DNA of 32,000 bases. Origin: Wolbachia endosymbiont of Drosophila innubila (GTDB taxonomy: Bacteria > Pseudomonadota > Alphaproteobacteria > Rickettsiales > Anaplasmataceae). A program made the translations under genes and the position numbers. This document shows, piece by piece, positions 28,132 through 32,000 of the stretch; within the stretch, counting starts at the first letter, position 1; every line of letters starts with the position of its first letter. The stretch is taken from contig NZ_CP076228.1 of the NCBI RefSeq assembly GCF_021378375.1, forward strand, positions 870,001 to 902,000, written 5' to 3'. A model generated the notes under the pieces. It was not told the DNA's origin and did no database searches. It was given only the letters and a program-made list of their open reading frames with translations.

Positions 28132-29475
28132 TTACTTTCTGCTTAGCATATCCATCAAATCAGATTCTTTGAGTTTACTATGGTCAACTTTACTGAACTT
28201 ATTTACCATAGAGCTCATTTGATTATACTGCTTAATTAGAAGATTAATGTCAGTTACAGTTGTTCCGGACCCCTTAGAAATTCTAAGTCTTCTTTTGCCA
28301 TTTAAAATATCTGGATTTTGCCTTTCTTTTTCAGTCATTGAGTTTATGATGGCTATATATTTTTTCACTTTATTGTCATCTGGCACACTGCTACTTAGCT
28401 TTTTTGTAAATGAACTAGGAATGAATTTCATTATGTTGCTAATGCCATCCATTTTACTCAGAGTTTTTAACATTCCCACTAGGTCGTTTAGGTCGAATTT
28501 ACCTTTTTTCACTTTCTTTTGTAACTTATCAATTTCTTCCTGACCAACAATCTCAGCAGCTTTTTCAACCAATGAGACAACATCACCCATGCTAAGTATC
28601 CTTTTTGCAATTCTATCGGGATAAAAATCATCGAGGTCACTTAATTTTTCACCACAAGCAATAAATTTAATTGGACAATCGGCGATCATTTTCATAGAAA
28701 GAGCAGCACCACCACGTGCATCACCATCAACACGGGTGAGAATAATGCCGGTTACACCTATTACCTCATTGAATGATTTGGCAATGTTGACCGCATCCTG
28801 GCCTATCATTGCGTCGGCTACTAAAATAACTTCTGCAGGTGAAGCTATTTCCTTTACGGCTTTCAACTCATTCATCATATTATTGTCAATATGAAGCCTG
28901 CCTGCAGTGTCTAGTATTAATACATCATAATTATCGTTCTTTGCTATTGCTATTGCCCTTTTTGTAATTGTAATGGGCTTCTCATCTATTACTACAGGTA
29001 AAGTTTGCACATCTATTTGTTTACCTAGCACTTCAAGTTGTTTCTGGGCAGCAGGCCTATAAATGTCTAAAGAGGCAAGCATCACTTTTTTCTTTTGCTT
29101 TTTTAGTTTTAAAGCAAGCTTTCCTGAGGTAGTTGTTTTACCTGCACCTTGTAAGCCCACCATCATAATCACAGCAGGGGGTTTAACTGCTAGATTTAAG
29201 TCACTTTTCTCTGATCCGAGAACTGCAACTAAATTATCCTGTACAATTTTAATTATCATTTGTGCTGGAGAAACACTTTTTATGACTTTTTCCCCAATCA
29301 CTTTATCTTTAATGTCGTTGATGAATTTTTTTGCAACTTCAAGTGAAACGTCAGCTTCAATTAAGGCTATGCGTATTTCACGCATGGCAAGATTAAAATC
29401 ATCTTCAGAAATGATTGACTTTCCTCTCAGTTTACTAAATACAGAATTTAAACTTTCAGTTAACGATTTAAACAT
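28132..29475 (-). CDS. ffh: Signal recognition particle protein (SRP54)
   Basis: 447 aa; GLQGAGKTTTSGKLALKLKKQ, DTAGRLHIDNNMMNEL, GDARGGAALSM, M-domain at C-terminus. Confidence 0.97.
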   Translation of the reverse strand: MFKSLTESLNSVFSKLRGKSIISEDDFNLAMREIRIALIEADVSLEVAKKFINDIKDKVIGEKVIKSVSPAQMIIKIVQDNLVAVLGSEKSDLNLAVKPPAVIMMVGLQGAGKTTTSGKLALKLKKQKKKVMLASLDIYRPAAQKQLEVLGKQIDVQTLPVVIDEKPITITKRAIAIAKNDNYDVLILDTAGRLHIDNNMMNELKAVKEIASPAEVILVADAMIGQDAVNIAKSFNEVIGVTGIILTRVDGDARGGAALSMKMIADCPIKFIACGEKLSDLDDFYPDRIAKRILSMGDVVSLVEKAAEIVGQEEIDKLQKKVKKGKFDLNDLVGMLKTLSKMDGISNIMKFIPSSFTKKLSSSVPDDNKVKKYIAIINSMTEKERQNPDILNGKRRLRISKGSGTTVTDINLLIKQYNQMSSMVNKFSKVDHSKLKESDLMDMLSRK

Positions 29476-31034
29476 AATAGCATTAGTAGAATACTCATTA
29501 AAAAGAGAGAAGAAGCTGAAACAAAACTCACTGAGTTATAACTCAGCACTTCTTTAAGTTTAGTAATATTATTAAAGTATAAACCAACAAGTGGATTAGT
29601 CAAGTTTTGCACTACGCTGGCAAACATTTCTCTAGTTTTAGAGACTAACTGATTGAACAGCAAGATAATATAGGGTATGAAAGCTCTAAAAATCCAATCA
29701 ACATCCATTTTAAAATTTACTCTCGGGTAAAATAACTTGCGTAAAGGAATAAACAATAAAGTGGTACATAGTAATAAATTAAATTGCGACCAAATATTTT
29801 TTGTGTTGTACACAAAATCGAAAATCGAAGGTTTATTGTAAATAGGTAAGTAAGGATTGCCAGCGATTACGCATATAAATGCTAAAATAATCATAGTCAT
29901 TTTGCTTCCTCTCTCTGCTAAAGGTTTTGACTTACTTTTTGCAATAAATAAGTAATAAAGAAACTTTAGCCCCACGCTTAAATGAAGCAGCAAATTTAGA
30001 AGCTTATATAAATTTTTATACCCTTTTAAGGCAACAGTGTTCATTTCAATTTCAGCTGTGATATATGATTTACTGATAAATCCAACGGTTCCAGGAAATG
30101 CAGCCATTGTAAGTATTGCGATTATAGCACACATGCCTTCCACTGACATCAGTTTACCCACTCCATTAAAACTAATTGTTTTTGTTTGTGAAATAATCGA
30201 ATTACTGACCACAAACAATAATGATTGATAAACAAGAGAGAAGATTATATGCAGTATCAAAATTGGTATTGCTTTTTCCGAAGGACTGAGCAAACTTCCT
30301 GCAATAATCAGCAAGCCCATTTGTCCTACAACGTTATAGCATAAAAATCTGCGAATATTTTGCTCAAGAGAAGCAAATATAATGCTGTAAATTGCAGTGA
30401 TGGCGCCTACAAGCGCTAATATTTCAGTACAATCTTGCCATAGGTTATAAGTGTGTAAAAGCATCACTAAAAAAGAGACTTTAGTGGTAAATAAAGAGAG
30501 ATATGTGGTGCCATGTAGCGATGCAGCAGGATATGCATCAACAACCCAAAATGAAAAAGGAAAACAAGCGCAGTTTATCAATAAACCCAAAATTATCAGG
30601 TTAGTGCTTTGAAGTGCCAATCCTGCTATTAATATAACTCCAACGAAAAAGTGTACACAAGCGTACCTTATTGCAGGTCCACTATCTCTACAGCTAGCTG
30701 CGATAATAAAAAATGCACTGATGGTCATTAATTCACAGAATATTATAACCAATATCATATGTTCAGATAAAACTGCATAAAGTGAACTAATAGTGTAAGC
30801 AGCAAAAGATAGCATCTCTGAAAAAGTCAAATTTTGTGCTGGTAGAACAGCTAAAAATGCAACTGATAAAAAAGATATTAGTATGGTACGAAAAGATAAA
30901 TCAAAATCTAGAATTGGGAGAGACCAATTTACTGCAATGCTCAAATTTTCAGGTAATTTTAGGACTATAACTATTAATACAGTCAGTAGAAGTAACAGTG
31001 ACGATTTATAAAGTTGCACAATAATTAAAACCAA
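29460..31034 (-). CDS. Proton-conducting membrane transporter (MrpD/NuoM/NuoN-like)
   Basis: 524 aa polytopic protein; ASLHGTTYLSLFTTKVSFLVMLL, NIRRFLCYNVVGQMGLLIIAG, AAFPGTVGFISKSYI. Confidence 0.75.
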   Translation of the reverse strand: MVLIIVQLYKSSLLLLLTVLIVIVLKLPENLSIAVNWSLPILDFDLSFRTILISFLSVAFLAVLPAQNLTFSEMLSFAAYTISSLYAVLSEHMILVIIFCELMTISAFFIIAASCRDSGPAIRYACVHFFVGVILIAGLALQSTNLIILGLLINCACFPFSFWVVDAYPAASLHGTTYLSLFTTKVSFLVMLLHTYNLWQDCTEILALVGAITAIYSIIFASLEQNIRRFLCYNVVGQMGLLIIAGSLLSPSEKAIPILILHIIFSLVYQSLLFVVSNSIISQTKTISFNGVGKLMSVEGMCAIIAILTMAAFPGTVGFISKSYITAEIEMNTVALKGYKNLYKLLNLLLHLSVGLKFLYYLFIAKSKSKPLAERGSKMTMIILAFICVIAGNPYLPIYNKPSIFDFVYNTKNIWSQFNLLLCTTLLFIPLRKLFYPRVNFKMDVDWIFRAFIPYIILLFNQLVSKTREMFASVVQNLTNPLVGLYFNNITKLKEVLSYNSVSFVSASSLFLMSILLMLLCLNR

Positions 31035-31142
31035 TATGGTTTATGCTATCTCAATATATGAATAAAATCAATTTGCATATTAACCACTAATTAAACTAAT
31101 TATCATATAATTATATCAGAGTTTAGAGGGTTATAGAGAAAC

Positions 31143-31175
31143 CGGTCAGATTAGGTTTTTAATCTAATCTGACCG
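31143..31175. terminator. Strong hairpin, terminator-like
   Basis: cggtcagattag (31143..31154) / ctaatctgaccg (31164..31175), perfect 12-bp stem with 9-nt loop, between the transporter and the truncated reductase-like gene. Confidence 0.55.
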
Positions 31176-31222
31176 ACAGCTTTAATAGTGAGGTAAGCTT
31201 TAATATAGCACTCCTAATTCAT

Positions 31223-31269
31223 AACGCTACACTCGTGCATAATTTATTTTTAATTTGTGCACGAGCGTT
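31223..31269. terminator. Second hairpin just downstream of the truncated gene's stop
   Basis: aacgctacactcgtgca (from 31223) versus tgcacgagcgtt (31258..31269): paired apart from a 4-5 nt bulge. Confidence 0.5.
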
Positions 31270-31322
31270 AGTAAATTATTTACTTTTTGAAATAAAATTT
31301 GGCATCACTTTAATATTGAGAC

Positions 31323-32000
31323 TTAGTAAACCTCAGTAGGTCTGCCAGTTGGGCCCATAAGAATTATTTGCTCGCCTTCTCTTAAGTGTCTGCATAAATT
31401 AGTGGAGCCGCCGATTTCCAGCACAATAGTGGAAATAATTCCTTTTTTTTTGTCTACTTCAGTGCCGGTTACGGCTATACCTTCCATAGCAAGGTTTGTA
31501 TTATTGGCTTTTCTGCCATTGGTTTCAAAATTTTGCAATCTAAAGAATTGCCCAGGCTTAAAATTCTTTGCCGCAAGTGGTGCTTTGATCACTATTTCCA
31601 CAACTTTGTCTGTTAAATATTGAACTTTTATAACCTTTGCAGTGAATTGCTCTTTGATTCTATTAAATAATTCTTTATTAGCCAAGTCTTCAACACTTGA
31701 CCACGCATTTTTTTTCTGGCCCACAACATCACACACTGGAATGACAGAAACGAAGCTATTAACTCCACTCAAAAGCTGAGAAATAATAGGGTAGCCGTTT
31801 TTAGCACTTGCCATAGCTTTCACGACGCTGCCACTATACGAAGGGTGAAGATCACCAAAAAAGCTGATTGTTTTATTGCCTTGCTTATACACTAATATTC
31901 TATCTTTATTTTGCATTTTAGGAGAAAATATTGGGTCTATTTCTTTTCCTGATGAATTCAAATGAGTAAAATACCCATTACTTAATTTAAAATGCTTTTT
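31323..32000 (-). CDS. C-terminal portion of glutamate synthase-like / ferredoxin reductase-like protein (partial; 5' end beyond window; 3' end appears truncated)
   Basis: Frame is open to the window edge upstream of the track start 31961. KVVEIVIKAPLAAKNFKPGQFFRLQNFE resembles the FAD-binding domain of the ferredoxin-NADP reductase superfamily; ends at GEQIILMGPTGRPTEVY* before any NAD-binding glycine motif. Confidence 0.55.
   Translation of the reverse strand, partial: KKHFKLSNGYFTHLNSSGKEIDPIFSPKMQNKDRILVYKQGNKTISFFGDLHPSYSGSVVKAMASAKNGYPIISQLLSGVNSFVSVIPVCDVVGQKKNAWSSVEDLANKELFNRIKEQFTAKVIKVQYLTDKVVEIVIKAPLAAKNFKPGQFFRLQNFETNGRKANNTNLAMEGIAVTGTEVDKKKGIISTIVLEIGGSTNLCRHLREGEQIILMGPTGRPTEVY

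Noticed and set aside
28247-29557. Plus-strand ORFs opposite ffh (28247..28543, 29063..29557)
   Set aside because: Antisense shadow ORFs of ffh.

Overview
This window is a stretch of Wolbachia chromosome, diagnosed by a complete wsp gene at 14843..15556 and by Wolbachia/Rickettsiales-type gene content. Its wsp variable regions look supergroup-B-like, but that is inference from memory. Most of it is ordinary core genome: tandem AGCS symporters, pssA-psd, recA, folC, mlaC-like, COQ10/RatA-like, dsbA, O-methyltransferase, GST, dnaX, ybaB, wsp, rpoH, ialB-like, dnaN, truA, petC-petB, an AmpD/AmiD-like amidase, NifU-like, hisS, surE, ffh, an MrpD/NuoM-like transporter and the C-terminal part of a glutamate-synthase/ferredoxin-reductase-like gene. 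I found no CRISPR array, prophage, tRNA or rRNA, and no convincing new defence or toxin system. What stands out is the density of small palindromic or inverted-repeat elements and their effects on genes. One composite element family (outer arms GTCATCCCAGT...GGATCCAG / CTGGATCC...ACTGGGATGAC) occurs at least four times and also appears inside the dnaX reading frame and at the petC N-terminus. One copy looks nested inside a second repeat family. There are also signs of gene decay or unusual decoding: an A9 tract that splits an O-methyltransferase, a GST lacking a canonical start codon, a truncated reductase-like gene, a J-domain gene fragment flanking the amidase, and a DnaJ-like protein whose HPD motif reads HSD.
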